Source of the DNA: a virus | Taxonomy: Duplodnaviria; Caudoviricetes | Length of the DNA stretch: 64,000 nucleotides | IMG/VR virus record: IMGVR_UViG_3300009031_000221 | Location: 472,054-536,053 of that record | Reading direction: 5' to 3' (one strand) | Part shown: piece by piece, positions 53,282-61,850 of the stretch | Layout of the letters: each line of letters opens with the position of its first letter | Numbering within the stretch: position 1 is the stretch's first letter | Position numbers and translations under genes: made by a program | Notes under the pieces: generated by a model | Database searches by the model: none | Told to the model about the DNA's origin: nothing | Seen by the model: only the letters and a program-made list of their open reading frames with translations

Positions 53282-54280
53282 TCATCCTCCAAACATATCA
53301 AGAAATGAGGTAACTTCAATTTCAGGTTCCGTATTCGCCGGGGGACTATTACCCAGAATACGGGCTTCAGCTAGCGGGAGATATTTGGCGTTCTGATCCA
53401 ATCCTACATAATCCCTACCAAGCTTGAGTGCTACCATACCCGTGGTGGCAGAACCTGAGAAGGGATCCAGAACGACACAGCTGGTATTTCCCGCTTCTTT
53501 GCATTGACATGGCGGCGCCCAGCTATTGCCCTCGATGCGCCCGTAGGGCGCCCCACATGCCCCGCAGCACCCTCGGGCACTCGATCCCGCCAATACCATC
53601 GGTTCTACTAACTTCTCAGGCCACACGGCGAAATGGGCACCAGGGTACGGCTTGGGGTTTACGTCCCATACCGTACGCTTGTTACGGGTTTCCCCTGTTG
53701 GGTTTCCCGTTTTTGCACGCGACCCCTTATCCTGACACATCGGTTCCTGATCCTTGCGACGATCCGTACGAAGATGCCGATTGTCCCCTGGAGTCACCGT
53801 CAACTCTTTGATGGCCTCGATATCGTAGAAGTACTTCTCATTCTTCGTCATCAGGAAGATGTATTCATGCGACCGTGTAGGACGGTCTTGCACACTCTCT
53901 GGCATCGGATTGGCCTTTGACCAGATAATATCTGAACGGAGATACCAACCATCCGCCCGCAACGCGAATGCAACCATCCAAGGGATGCCTACCAAATCCT
54001 TCGGTTTGAGCCCCGTGGTTTTCTTGCCGCGTCCAATTCCGGTGTTGCCATGAAGGTCAACAGCATGCTTTCCGCCTGTCTGCCCACCCCATTTACCATC
54101 ATTGGAATAGGAATCTCCCAGATTTAACCACAAAACCCCGTCGTCCCGAAGTACTCGTTTCACTTCACGAAATACTTCCGTCAAATGGCAAACGTAGCAT
54201 GCCCCGCATCGTTCGGGTATAGGTTTGAAAAACCTTTGAAGGTCTTCAGGGATTTGTTCTTGTGTAAATGTTATTTTCAT
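53282..54280 (-). CDS. C-terminal part of split DNA methyltransferase
   Basis: lacks SPPY; has EVFREVKRVL, HFAVWP, LDPFSGSATT. Confidence 0.8.
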   Translation of the reverse strand: MKITFTQEQIPEDLQRFFKPIPERCGACYVCHLTEVFREVKRVLRDDGVLWLNLGDSYSNDGKWGGQTGGKHAVDLHGNTGIGRGKKTTGLKPKDLVGIPWMVAFALRADGWYLRSDIIWSKANPMPESVQDRPTRSHEYIFLMTKNEKYFYDIEAIKELTVTPGDNRHLRTDRRKDQEPMCQDKGSRAKTGNPTGETRNKRTVWDVNPKPYPGAHFAVWPEKLVEPMVLAGSSARGCCGACGAPYGRIEGNSWAPPCQCKEAGNTSCVVLDPFSGSATTGMVALKLGRDYVGLDQNAKYLPLAEARILGNSPPANTEPEIEVTSFLDMFGG

Positions 54281-54304
54281 GGCACACTAGGGTTAGAGGT
54301 TGCT

Positions 54305-55087
54305 ATGTACAAAATTCGAGTATTTCAATGTTTGCATTGTCACAAAGAAGTCACGAAGCGAACCTATCCTAATGCTATTTTCTGTTCGCATTCATGTAGT
54401 CTTGCCCACCGCAATGATCCTACCCGAAACCCCGCCAAAACGGCTGAGGCCAGGGAAAAAATTGCATCTTCCCGTATAGGAAAACCCACTACTTTGGGTC
54501 GGGTTACCCCAGATGATCAGAAACAGAAAATCAGCGATTCCCTCAAAGGACGTGTGTTTACCGAGGAACATCGACAACACATCAGCGAAGGGGTTATTGC
54601 GGCAGGTATCATCCCGCCAAAACATTTTGGTGCAACCAACCACAAATGGAAAGGTGGGGTAACAGGAGAACGGGCAAAGAGATATGGATCGGAGGAGTAT
54701 CGGGGATTTGTCAAAAATTGTTTGATTCGTGACCAATACACATGCCAGCATTGCGGAGCCAAGAATGGGATGGGCGTTAATGTTGTCCTCCAGGTTCACC
54801 ATATCAAATCCTATGCAGAACATCCGTTATGCCGCTACGACCCAGATAATGGTATCACGCTATGCATCAGTTGCCATTACAAAACCCCGAAAGGATTGCC
54901 CAGGCCCATCAATCATACATGGACAGGACAAGATAAAGTATGTGTCCATTGCGGGGATACCTTTCGAGGACGTAACCCAAGAAAGTTCTGTCCCGCATGT
55001 AGATTGAAAATCTGCTGCCCGCTTTGTGGATCTACAGTTTGCACACATACGGCGCGACGTAATCTATCTAATAATTCCCCGCTTTAG
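54305..55087 (+). CDS. NUMOD3-HNH homing endonuclease (antisense, inside methyltransferase)
   Basis: AGAGG RBS; repeated KISxxxKG helices; RDQYTCQHCG..LQVHHIK..NGITLCISCH. Confidence 0.85.
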   Translation: MYKIRVFQCLHCHKEVTKRTYPNAIFCSHSCSLAHRNDPTRNPAKTAEAREKIASSRIGKPTTLGRVTPDDQKQKISDSLKGRVFTEEHRQHISEGVIAAGIIPPKHFGATNHKWKGGVTGERAKRYGSEEYRGFVKNCLIRDQYTCQHCGAKNGMGVNVVLQVHHIKSYAEHPLCRYDPDNGITLCISCHYKTPKGLPRPINHTWTGQDKVCVHCGDTFRGRNPRKFCPACRLKICCPLCGSTVCTHTARRNLSNNSPL

Positions 55088-55540
55088 GAGTTCCCGAAAC
55101 ACAAATTCTCGTTCAGATTCTGTCAAATCATCTCGAAGTTCTAGAAGCATATTATTCGAGGAAGGATTATGACAAGTTGGCGTTGGTTCCAATCCTAGCT
55201 GTCCCCGCCACGCGCCGCACTTGCAGTATTGCCCCCGCTCCGTTGGGTAGCCTCCAGCAAGTGCTACCGTGCCTTCCTTAGATCCATATTCATCCGTATA
55301 CATATGGCGACTATTCTGAGGGACGGGATCTCCCCACTCATGTTCGCAAGCTTCATCCCCACCCCAAACCGCAGGGTCATTTCCATAATCTCGCAAACCC
55401 CAATAAGGGGGCGACGTTGCGACCATGTGGACGCATTGCGGGGGGAGATCCTTCAAGGAAGCCCTGCAATCTTGGCCGTAGTAAAGATATGCACGTGGAG
55501 GATTGTCCCCACTGTGCCCAGGAATCACGAAGGGTTCCAT
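55064..55540 (-). CDS. N-terminal part of split DNA methyltransferase
   Basis: LYYGQDC, TSPPYWGLRDY, GQLGLEPTP, then stops; no SAM-binding motif. Confidence 0.8.
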   Translation of the reverse strand: MEPFVIPGHSGDNPPRAYLYYGQDCRASLKDLPPQCVHMVATSPPYWGLRDYGNDPAVWGGDEACEHEWGDPVPQNSRHMYTDEYGSKEGTVALAGGYPTERGQYCKCGAWRGQLGLEPTPTCHNPSSNNMLLELRDDLTESEREFVFRELLKRGIIR

Positions 55541-55543
55541 TCG

Positions 55544-56620
55544 CTATACCCCGCCGCACATACTCGAAATCAGATTCTCAGCCACATCATCATCGTCCGC
55601 ATCGGCGGATTTCGGAGCATGATTGAGCAATCGCCTTTGTGCCATTCCCAAGTACTCGGCATTCAGATCCAGGCCGATGTAATTGCAATGATTCTTGAAC
55701 GCTACAACGCCCGTCGTCCCTGATCCCGAGAACGGGTCCAGTACCACCCCGCCCTTCGGGCATCCGGCTTTAACGCATGGTTCAATGAGCCTGATGGGAT
55801 AGGTTGCAAAGTGCGCTTCCTGCGTCCCGCCCGTTGGAATATGCCACACCGTACGCTTGTTCCGTCCCAGGGGATTACCAGGAGGGCCGCCTGCATAAGC
55901 GGCAGCAAGGTTCCCACCCGACCGTGTCCCGGTAGCATGCCCTTCCTTGTGCCCATCTACCGTAAATCCTTCCGTCAAACCATCAGTCCGCAAGTCACCC
56001 TTGCCTCCCCGATAATCCGAGGCTGCAACATCGCTAGGGTTCCACGATTTATGAGGTTCACGGATAGCGTCGATGTTGTAGTAATACTTCGCACTCTTGG
56101 TCATCAAGAAAATGAATTCATGTGCCCGTGTCGGACGATCCATGGAAGGTTCCGGCATTGGATTCGGCTTTGACCACACAATGTCCGACCGAAGATACCA
56201 ACCCTGGGCCTGAAGGGCGAATGCCACACGCCAAGGAATCCCAATCAGGTTCTTTGGAGGGAGCGCCGTAACCAAATCAGGGTTTTCCAGATTCCAAGGG
56301 GAACTAACCGTCATAGGGCGCATCGTGAATGAATCCCCCAGATTCAGCCACATTGTACCTTCATCCTTCAGAACCCGATGGCACCCCATGAGAACTTCCA
56401 CGAGTTCCCGTACGTAATCATCTGGGGATCCCTCCACCCCAATCTGACCATCCTTGCCGCCGTAATCCCGCAACGCCCAGTAAGGCGGGGATGTTACAAT
56501 GGTATCTACGGACTTATCAGGAAGTTGAAGGAGGGACTTCCGACAATCTTGACCGTAATAGAGAGTGGCTTGAATGGGATCGTCTAAATGCTTAGGGGAC
56601 AGAACAATCTCTGGCTGCAT
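55544..56620 (-). CDS. DNA amino-methyltransferase (beta class)
   Basis: TSPPY, HFATYP, LDPFSGSGTT. Confidence 0.9.
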   Translation of the reverse strand: MQPEIVLSPKHLDDPIQATLYYGQDCRKSLLQLPDKSVDTIVTSPPYWALRDYGGKDGQIGVEGSPDDYVRELVEVLMGCHRVLKDEGTMWLNLGDSFTMRPMTVSSPWNLENPDLVTALPPKNLIGIPWRVAFALQAQGWYLRSDIVWSKPNPMPEPSMDRPTRAHEFIFLMTKSAKYYYNIDAIREPHKSWNPSDVAASDYRGGKGDLRTDGLTEGFTVDGHKEGHATGTRSGGNLAAAYAGGPPGNPLGRNKRTVWHIPTGGTQEAHFATYPIRLIEPCVKAGCPKGGVVLDPFSGSGTTGVVAFKNHCNYIGLDLNAEYLGMAQRRLLNHAPKSADADDDDVAENLISSMCGGV

Positions 56621-56656
56621 ATGTTCACCTCGTACTCCACCATACCCGGAATGACC

Positions 56657-57208
56657 TCAAATTGAGGCGGGAATAAAGTGCTGAATACAACGTGCGGCAT
56701 ATTTATCGGCGCCACCGGTTTCTACCAAATCTGTTGAAGATGTTAGCCTTTGGCTACGGATAGCGTCCTCCCCACATACCGTACAAACTGCCGTCAATTT
56801 GTCTACCCGTTCAGCAATTGCCAACAGGAAAGGCATTGGCCCAAATGGTTGCCCCCCAGCATCCATATCCAGACCGTTGATAATCACTCGAATGCCTCTC
56901 AAGGCTAGCGTTTCCGCTACTTTTACAATGCCTGGGGCAAAGAACTGCGCCTCCTCAATGCCCACAACATGGGCATCCCCTACCAAATCCAGCATCATCT
57001 CGGGGCGGCTATTGGGAATGCTAACGGCGGGCCAATCCTTGCATGAGTGCGTTTCCACCTTGTCATTTTCGCATCGGTTGTCAATGTCGGGCTTGAACAC
57101 AATCACAGGACGTTTGGCGATGACGGATCTTTCCACACGTCGAATCAATTCAGAGGTTTTACCAGAAAACATGCAACCCGTGATGACTTCTACCCTTCCT
57201 TTCAGCAT
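56657..57208 (-). CDS. tdk: thymidine kinase (type II)
   Basis: GCMFSGKTSEL, EEAQF, GLDMDAGGQPF, CTVCG, YAARC. Confidence 0.92.
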   Translation of the reverse strand: MLKGRVEVITGCMFSGKTSELIRRVERSVIAKRPVIVFKPDIDNRCENDKVETHSCKDWPAVSIPNSRPEMMLDLVGDAHVVGIEEAQFFAPGIVKVAETLALRGIRVIINGLDMDAGGQPFGPMPFLLAIAERVDKLTAVCTVCGEDAIRSQRLTSSTDLVETGGADKYAARCIQHFIPASI

Positions 57209-57263
57209 GGCAATCCCTAATACGGGTCCAATGCCCGCAGTGAATGATTATATGGTTTGGGGG

Positions 57264-57752
57264 CTAACGGTGACGGCAACGCCCACGTTGGACGTATATG
57301 GATGCTACCCGTACAGCAGCGTCTCGAGGATCGAAAATCAACGGCACGAGGCTTTTACGGATATTCCGAACCTCTATGGATACCTCACGTGGGGGTTTGC
57401 CATCCGCAAGAACTTCCATCCATTGCCGGGACTTCTCGGCAATGGATTCGGCTAGAGCTACGGAATCCCCTTCCTTGTCCATAGCACTCGCCTCTTCAGC
57501 AAGTCCTTCAATGGTCAATAGATGTTTACGGATGCAATCATCACAAAGCTTGTATGGATGGGCTAGATGATCTTCTAGTAGAATCATCTGTTTTGCGATT
57601 TCCCGCAAATTGAATTTGGGATCCGTGATATCTCGACGTGCTGCTTCATGTGCATGAGCTACACGAATAGCTGTAGCCGCTAGCCGTCTATTCAGGATTC
57701 TGGGTTCCATCATGCCCCTCACTACCGTACATATGAGAAGCACCATAGCCAC
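57264..57752 (-). CDS. hypothetical protein
   Basis: AIRVAHAH and AVRVASIY motifs; CDDCIRKH. Confidence 0.6.
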   Translation of the reverse strand: MAMVLLICTVVRGMMEPRILNRRLAATAIRVAHAHEAARRDITDPKFNLREIAKQMILLEDHLAHPYKLCDDCIRKHLLTIEGLAEEASAMDKEGDSVALAESIAEKSRQWMEVLADGKPPREVSIEVRNIRKSLVPLIFDPRDAAVRVASIYVQRGRCRHR

Positions 57753-57767
57753 GCTACCGAGCCAACG

Positions 57768-58436
57768 TTAGATAGGGTCAGGCACTTCAACGCCCTTGGA
57801 AGTCTCCACAACCTGATAACCCTGTTTCTTCGTTGCCCGTGCCGCCGCTGACGCATCATTCCGACGAATAATGTCCGCACCCACGTCCAGATCCTTCGCC
57901 ATACGAAGCTGGTTGTCATCCAGTTTCATGTTCCCCTGCATCGTCCGTTCCTTGGTGTCCTTGTCAAGGCGCCGCGAAGTCAATCCGAACGCTCCAGGCT
58001 TAATGGCACGCACTAGCTCTGGAGACAAATGATCGATAGCGATGTCCCACGCGAGGTCTACAAATACCCCCGCACATACCTGAAGGGGTACACCCCCAAC
58101 GGCAGTAGGATATCGTTGCCGCATTAGGGATTTCTGGCTAGATCGAATGCGAAGCTCGAGGTCAAAGAAGTAGACATCCATTGGAGCCGCGGGGGCGGTG
58201 AAGTCCAACCGGAACAATAGCCCAAGGCGATGGTCCCCAAACGAGGCTTTCACCTTGTTGACGATACCCCATCCATGAACCACAATCTCGATGTCATCCG
58301 TTTCAAATATTCGGGTCAGGACTTCCTGCTCATCCTCTGTCAATGGGACATACAATCCATGAGGGTTTGCCCCGCCAAACATATTCTTATCCGAATCCAT
58401 CATTTGCCCTCGCATACACATACCTTGATATGGCAA
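57768..58436 (-). CDS. hypothetical protein
   Basis: 222-aa ORF in minus-strand operon. Confidence 0.6.
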   Translation of the reverse strand: MPYQGMCMRGQMMDSDKNMFGGANPHGLYVPLTEDEQEVLTRIFETDDIEIVVHGWGIVNKVKASFGDHRLGLLFRLDFTAPAAPMDVYFFDLELRIRSSQKSLMRQRYPTAVGGVPLQVCAGVFVDLAWDIAIDHLSPELVRAIKPGAFGLTSRRLDKDTKERTMQGNMKLDDNQLRMAKDLDVGADIIRRNDASAAARATKKQGYQVVETSKGVEVPDPI

Positions 58437-58894
58437 GCCCGGGGACGGTCCAACCGCGTCCCTACATAGAACACTAATGTATTCCCAGGCATTGGCATGT
58501 GGCCGTCTAACATCTCACTGCGATGAAGGTGATACAATGTTGTATCCCCGCTGATGAAACCATACCCTCGAAGGGGGTCAAAAGCTTGAACCACGCCTAT
58601 TCGCATTTCAGGAACGTCCATTCGTTCTACCCGAAGTGCACGAGGGGCACGCCCAAGAACTATTATATCCGGCAATGTTACCAGGACATTTTCCCCTAGG
58701 ATGGGAGGAGGAGACGCCCAATCCCAGGATATACAATCAGTTCGATGACACTTGTGGCATACCGGTACAACAGGGCCTTTCATCTTGGGGTCGAAAACCC
58801 CAAGATGAAAGAATACCTCCAATCCTGAAGGATCCGCGGCAAACCCATACATACGTTCCGGAATGTACTTGACAATCCGCATCGGGATCGGCAT
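58400..58894 (-). CDS. tandem cold-shock-domain protein
   Basis: RMYGFA...EVFFH and FDPLRGYGFI...YHLH RNP motifs with CHKC insert. Confidence 0.7.
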   Translation of the reverse strand: MPIPMRIVKYIPERMYGFAADPSGLEVFFHLGVFDPKMKGPVVPVCHKCHRTDCISWDWASPPPILGENVLVTLPDIIVLGRAPRALRVERMDVPEMRIGVVQAFDPLRGYGFISGDTTLYHLHRSEMLDGHMPMPGNTLVFYVGTRLDRPRACHIKVCVCEGK

Positions 58895-58905
58895 GAGATC
58901 CGCCC

Positions 58906-59184
58906 TTACCAGATCTTCTTTTTAGACTTCTTGGCAGGTTCCGCTACAACCTCGGGTTCAGCTACAACCTCGGGTTCAGGAACTACAACCTCGGGTTCAA
59001 CTACAACCTCAGGTTCAGGAACTACAACCTCGGGTTCAGCTACAACCTCGGGTTCAGGATCCGGGGGGATTACAACTTCGACCACAACCTCAAGAGGTGT
59101 TTCAGGGATACTTACGATATTTCTACCGTGAATTCCCGCAACAATTTGATTCATACGGGCACATGGGGGTCGGTAACTAGACAT
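58906..59184 (-). CDS. small protein with PEVV(A/V)E repeats and basic tail
   Basis: six EPEVV units, KKSKKKIW. Confidence 0.65.
   Translation of the reverse strand: MSSYRPPCARMNQIVAGIHGRNIVSIPETPLEVVVEVVIPPDPEPEVVAEPEVVVPEPEVVVEPEVVVPEPEVVAEPEVVAEPAKKSKKKIW
58944..59056. repeat. coding tandem repeat, 6 copies of CTACAACCTCRGGTTCA with 18/21-bp period
   Basis: copies at 58944, 58962, 58983, 59001, 59022, 59040. Confidence 0.85.
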
Positions 59185-59193
59185 AGAAACTCC

Positions 59194-59571
59194 TTATAGC
59201 AGGCCTTTGATAATACCCGCCAAAATCACACCGAGAACTTCAGAAACTTCCGCAAGGAATTTGCGGGTTGAATCCTTCTTATCAGCTTCGGCATTCTCCA
59301 TTTGTGCGAGGATGTTACTCGCTACCTCAAGGTCGGCCCAATCAATATTCGGCGCAGAACCATCCAATAGATCTTGGATAGCCTGCGTTGCCATCTTAAT
59401 CCCGGCAGGGCCATGCTTCTCAACAGCATCCGCAACAAGTGCCAAGGCTGCCTTCTTCCATCCAGAATCAGCACCCTCAGATAACCCCTTGAGCTTAGCC
59501 TCAATGGCATCGACGCCCTTCTGGCCAACAACAGGCAATAGCTTCTCTAGGAAATTCGTAAAATCATTCAT
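59194..59571 (-). CDS. hypothetical helical protein
   Basis: AGGAG RBS. Confidence 0.65.
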   Translation of the reverse strand: MNDFTNFLEKLLPVVGQKGVDAIEAKLKGLSEGADSGWKKAALALVADAVEKHGPAGIKMATQAIQDLLDGSAPNIDWADLEVASNILAQMENAEADKKDSTRKFLAEVSEVLGVILAGIIKGLL

Positions 59572-59580
59572 GGTAATCTC

Positions 59581-59919
59581 CTATGGGCAAAGGGTGCTGG
59601 TGGAAGGCACAACAGGCGGGTCTACAGGGGGGCGGACAGTAAGCAGCCGGGCATTGTAAAGCATCATAGCCTTGTGCCAGGGCACGCGAGCGCTAGCGAG
59701 AACAGCCTTCTTTGCCGCCATCTCACAATCAGGAGTTGTGAACTTCTTTTCTGCGTCACACTTGCAATATGTCTTGACAAGGGTCGTCAAGGATTCTGCC
59801 TGCTGAACTGCAGCCTGCTCCATGAAGTTCACTTCCAACTTATAAGTGGCCTCATCTCGGACAACCGTATGGCATCCAAGAATAGGCAATAATGCTAATA
59901 CACAAAGAATGTTTCTCAT
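59581..59919 (-). CDS. lipoprotein
   Basis: signal peptide with lipobox ILGC. Confidence 0.65.
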   Translation of the reverse strand: MRNILCVLALLPILGCHTVVRDEATYKLEVNFMEQAAVQQAESLTTLVKTYCKCDAEKKFTTPDCEMAAKKAVLASARVPWHKAMMLYNARLLTVRPPVDPPVVPSTSTLCP

Positions 59920-59920
59920 T

Positions 59921-60271
59921 TCAATCCTTCTTAGGTTCGGGTTTCATCGGATTCACCGGTACTACTGGATCCACTGGCACTACTGGATCCACTGTGACCC
60001 CCTTTGGGGGAGGCACTGATATCTTGCCGCCTTGTTGGGTAATCATGCTAACCGCTTGAACGTACTTGTCTAAGCTGGCCTGGCCGAGGATGTACCCCGC
60101 CTCAACAAATCCGGCAACCACAACAATGGCCAACATAATCCAGAATACCTGATCCGAAATGCTCGTCCGTCCCCAAAATAGGACCAATACCGCTAGAATC
60201 TTCCAGGTCACTTCGGCTACCAAGAAAGCTATGAACTTCTTGGACTTGAGGTTGTCATCGCCATTAGCCAT
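59921..60271 (-). CDS. two-TM membrane protein (holin-like topology)
   Basis: two TMs and VDPVVP repeats in tail. Confidence 0.6.
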   Translation of the reverse strand: MANGDDNLKSKKFIAFLVAEVTWKILAVLVLFWGRTSISDQVFWIMLAIVVVAGFVEAGYILGQASLDKYVQAVSMITQQGGKISVPPPKGVTVDPVVPVDPVVPVNPMKPEPKKD

Positions 60272-60592
60272 TTAGTTACCCCCGCCGTGAGGCCCAGATG
60301 TTCGTATCCTCTGGGTGTTGAGACGATGTTGGAATGCGTCACTCACTCGATCGTAAACCAAAGCCTTGAGTTGAGGCATCCCTTCCGTAATGTGCATCAA
60401 TCGGGCCTGCTCTTCGGGAAGCATTGTCGGAACAATGCGATTGAAGGAATCCCGCGCAGCGTTAATTTCCATCAGGAATTCCACGATAGCTTCATCCGCC
60501 AATACGATCGGATTATCAAGGCTATCATAAACACCTTTCAACAAATTCACACCACTGCTGTTAATCCACCATTCCATTCCAATACTCCGCAA
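60272..60592 (-). CDS. hypothetical protein
   Basis: abuts next gene; start uncertain. Confidence 0.55.
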   Translation of the reverse strand: MRSIGMEWWINSSGVNLLKGVYDSLDNPIVLADEAIVEFLMEINAARDSFNRIVPTMLPEEQARLMHITEGMPQLKALVYDRVSDAFQHRLNTQRIRTSGPHGGGN

Positions 60593-60677
60593 GACTCCCT
60601 ATGGGGAGGGTATAAGTTCAGAACCGAACCAGATCTAATATCCTGTATTTAGGGTATTGTGCATTGGAGGTGCATTG

Positions 60678-61211
60678 ATGGCATATTTGACGTTGTATCA
60701 GAAACCACAGGTATTTATTGACACGGAAACGTCAGGGCTTGACCCTGTTATGCATGAACTGTTGGACTTCGCTGCCATCAAAGATGGTGTTGAAATGTCC
60801 TTCAAGATCAAGCCACGCCGTATTTTCACGGCTTCCCCAAAGGCCTTGGAAGTCAATGGCTACAATGCTGCCGAATGGGAAGGTGCCCTTGAGATCCACG
60901 AAGCTGCCCCCAAAATTGCGGCATTCCTGAAGGATAGTGTCATCGTCGGGCACAATGTCCGATTCGACATGAGTTTCATCGCGGAGTTCCTGAAGGAAGC
61001 GCAGATGGATGTCCGATTGGACTATCATCTCGTCGATACGGTTACGTTGGCATATGTGCTATTGGTACCCAAGGGATTGATTAGCCTGTCGCTTGAGCCT
61101 GTATGCAATTTCCTGCGTCTTCCGCCTGAACCCAAGCAGCACCGGGCATTGGCAGGGGCACGGGCATGTAAGGCTGTGTACGAAAAGATGACGAGTCAGC
61201 TGCCGTGGTAA
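60678..61211 (+). CDS. DEDDh 3'-5' exonuclease (DnaQ-like), ExoIII Asp missing
   Basis: IDTETSGLD, GHNVRFD, HRALAGA; GGAGG RBS. Confidence 0.8.
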   Translation: MAYLTLYQKPQVFIDTETSGLDPVMHELLDFAAIKDGVEMSFKIKPRRIFTASPKALEVNGYNAAEWEGALEIHEAAPKIAAFLKDSVIVGHNVRFDMSFIAEFLKEAQMDVRLDYHLVDTVTLAYVLLVPKGLISLSLEPVCNFLRLPPEPKQHRALAGARACKAVYEKMTSQLPW

Positions 61212-61492
61212 TTATCGAAGTCTGCCGCCATCTCTTCGGGCCAAACAGCCTTCATCCGGGTTCCTAATAGGTTCAAGCGTTCCTCATATTGATCGGAGGA
61301 TTCCGATTCCGTATACCGGGTTATTGTTGCCCCGAAAGCCTTGAATGCATTCTCAGCTTGTGACGCCAGGGATTCGTCCCCTACCAGCTTCCATATGGTT
61401 CTCCTGCCCTCATGAATCAATATGGGGTTATTCGGGAGCATCATTTGGAATGTTTGCCCGCCGGTAATCAGGAATGTCCACACCTTTTGCAT
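61196..61492 (-). CDS. hypothetical protein
   Basis: operon continuity. Confidence 0.55.
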   Translation of the reverse strand: MQKVWTFLITGGQTFQMMLPNNPILIHEGRRTIWKLVGDESLASQAENAFKAFGATITRYTESESSDQYEERLNLLGTRMKAVWPEEMAADFDNYHGS

Positions 61493-61493
61493 T

Positions 61494-61844
61494 TTATACC
61501 CCTGCTGTAATTACTCGATCCGCACCACTTGCCCAATTTGCCCACGATGCGGCTTGATTCTGTGCCTTCCATCCGGTCAACGCGATGACATACCTTTGAC
61601 CATTGGGTAGAAACATCCCAGAATCAGATGCCGCTACCGAAATCTTTCCACCGCCCTCAAGGAGGGCAGTCCTACCACAAGTCGAGGATCCCGCCGGCAG
61701 AACTGTCGCTAAAGTCTTCGCTACGATTTCTGTAACGGCGGAATCAGGACAAACCACCACAACCCAGGCCTGATGTAAACGGGCATGCCGGATTGCGTTC
61801 AACAGATCAACCATAAACGATAGGTCTAGAGTTGGTGCCGCCAT
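61494..61844 (-). CDS. hypothetical protein
   Basis: operon continuity. Confidence 0.55.
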   Translation of the reverse strand: MAAPTLDLSFMVDLLNAIRHARLHQAWVVVVCPDSAVTEIVAKTLATVLPAGSSTCGRTALLEGGGKISVAASDSGMFLPNGQRYVIALTGWKAQNQAASWANWASGADRVITAGV

Positions 61845-61850
61845 ATTAAC

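Noticed and set aside
54281-55063. Group I intron or intein explaining the split methyltransferase
   Set aside because: No P/Q/R/S core or intein Cys...His-Asn splice motifs recognised; the HNH is antisense and occupies the whole gap (not fully excluded without Infernal or RT-PCR)
58944-59056. CRISPR array
   Set aside because: Repeats are contiguous with 18/21-bp period, have no spacers and encode EPEVV units in frame
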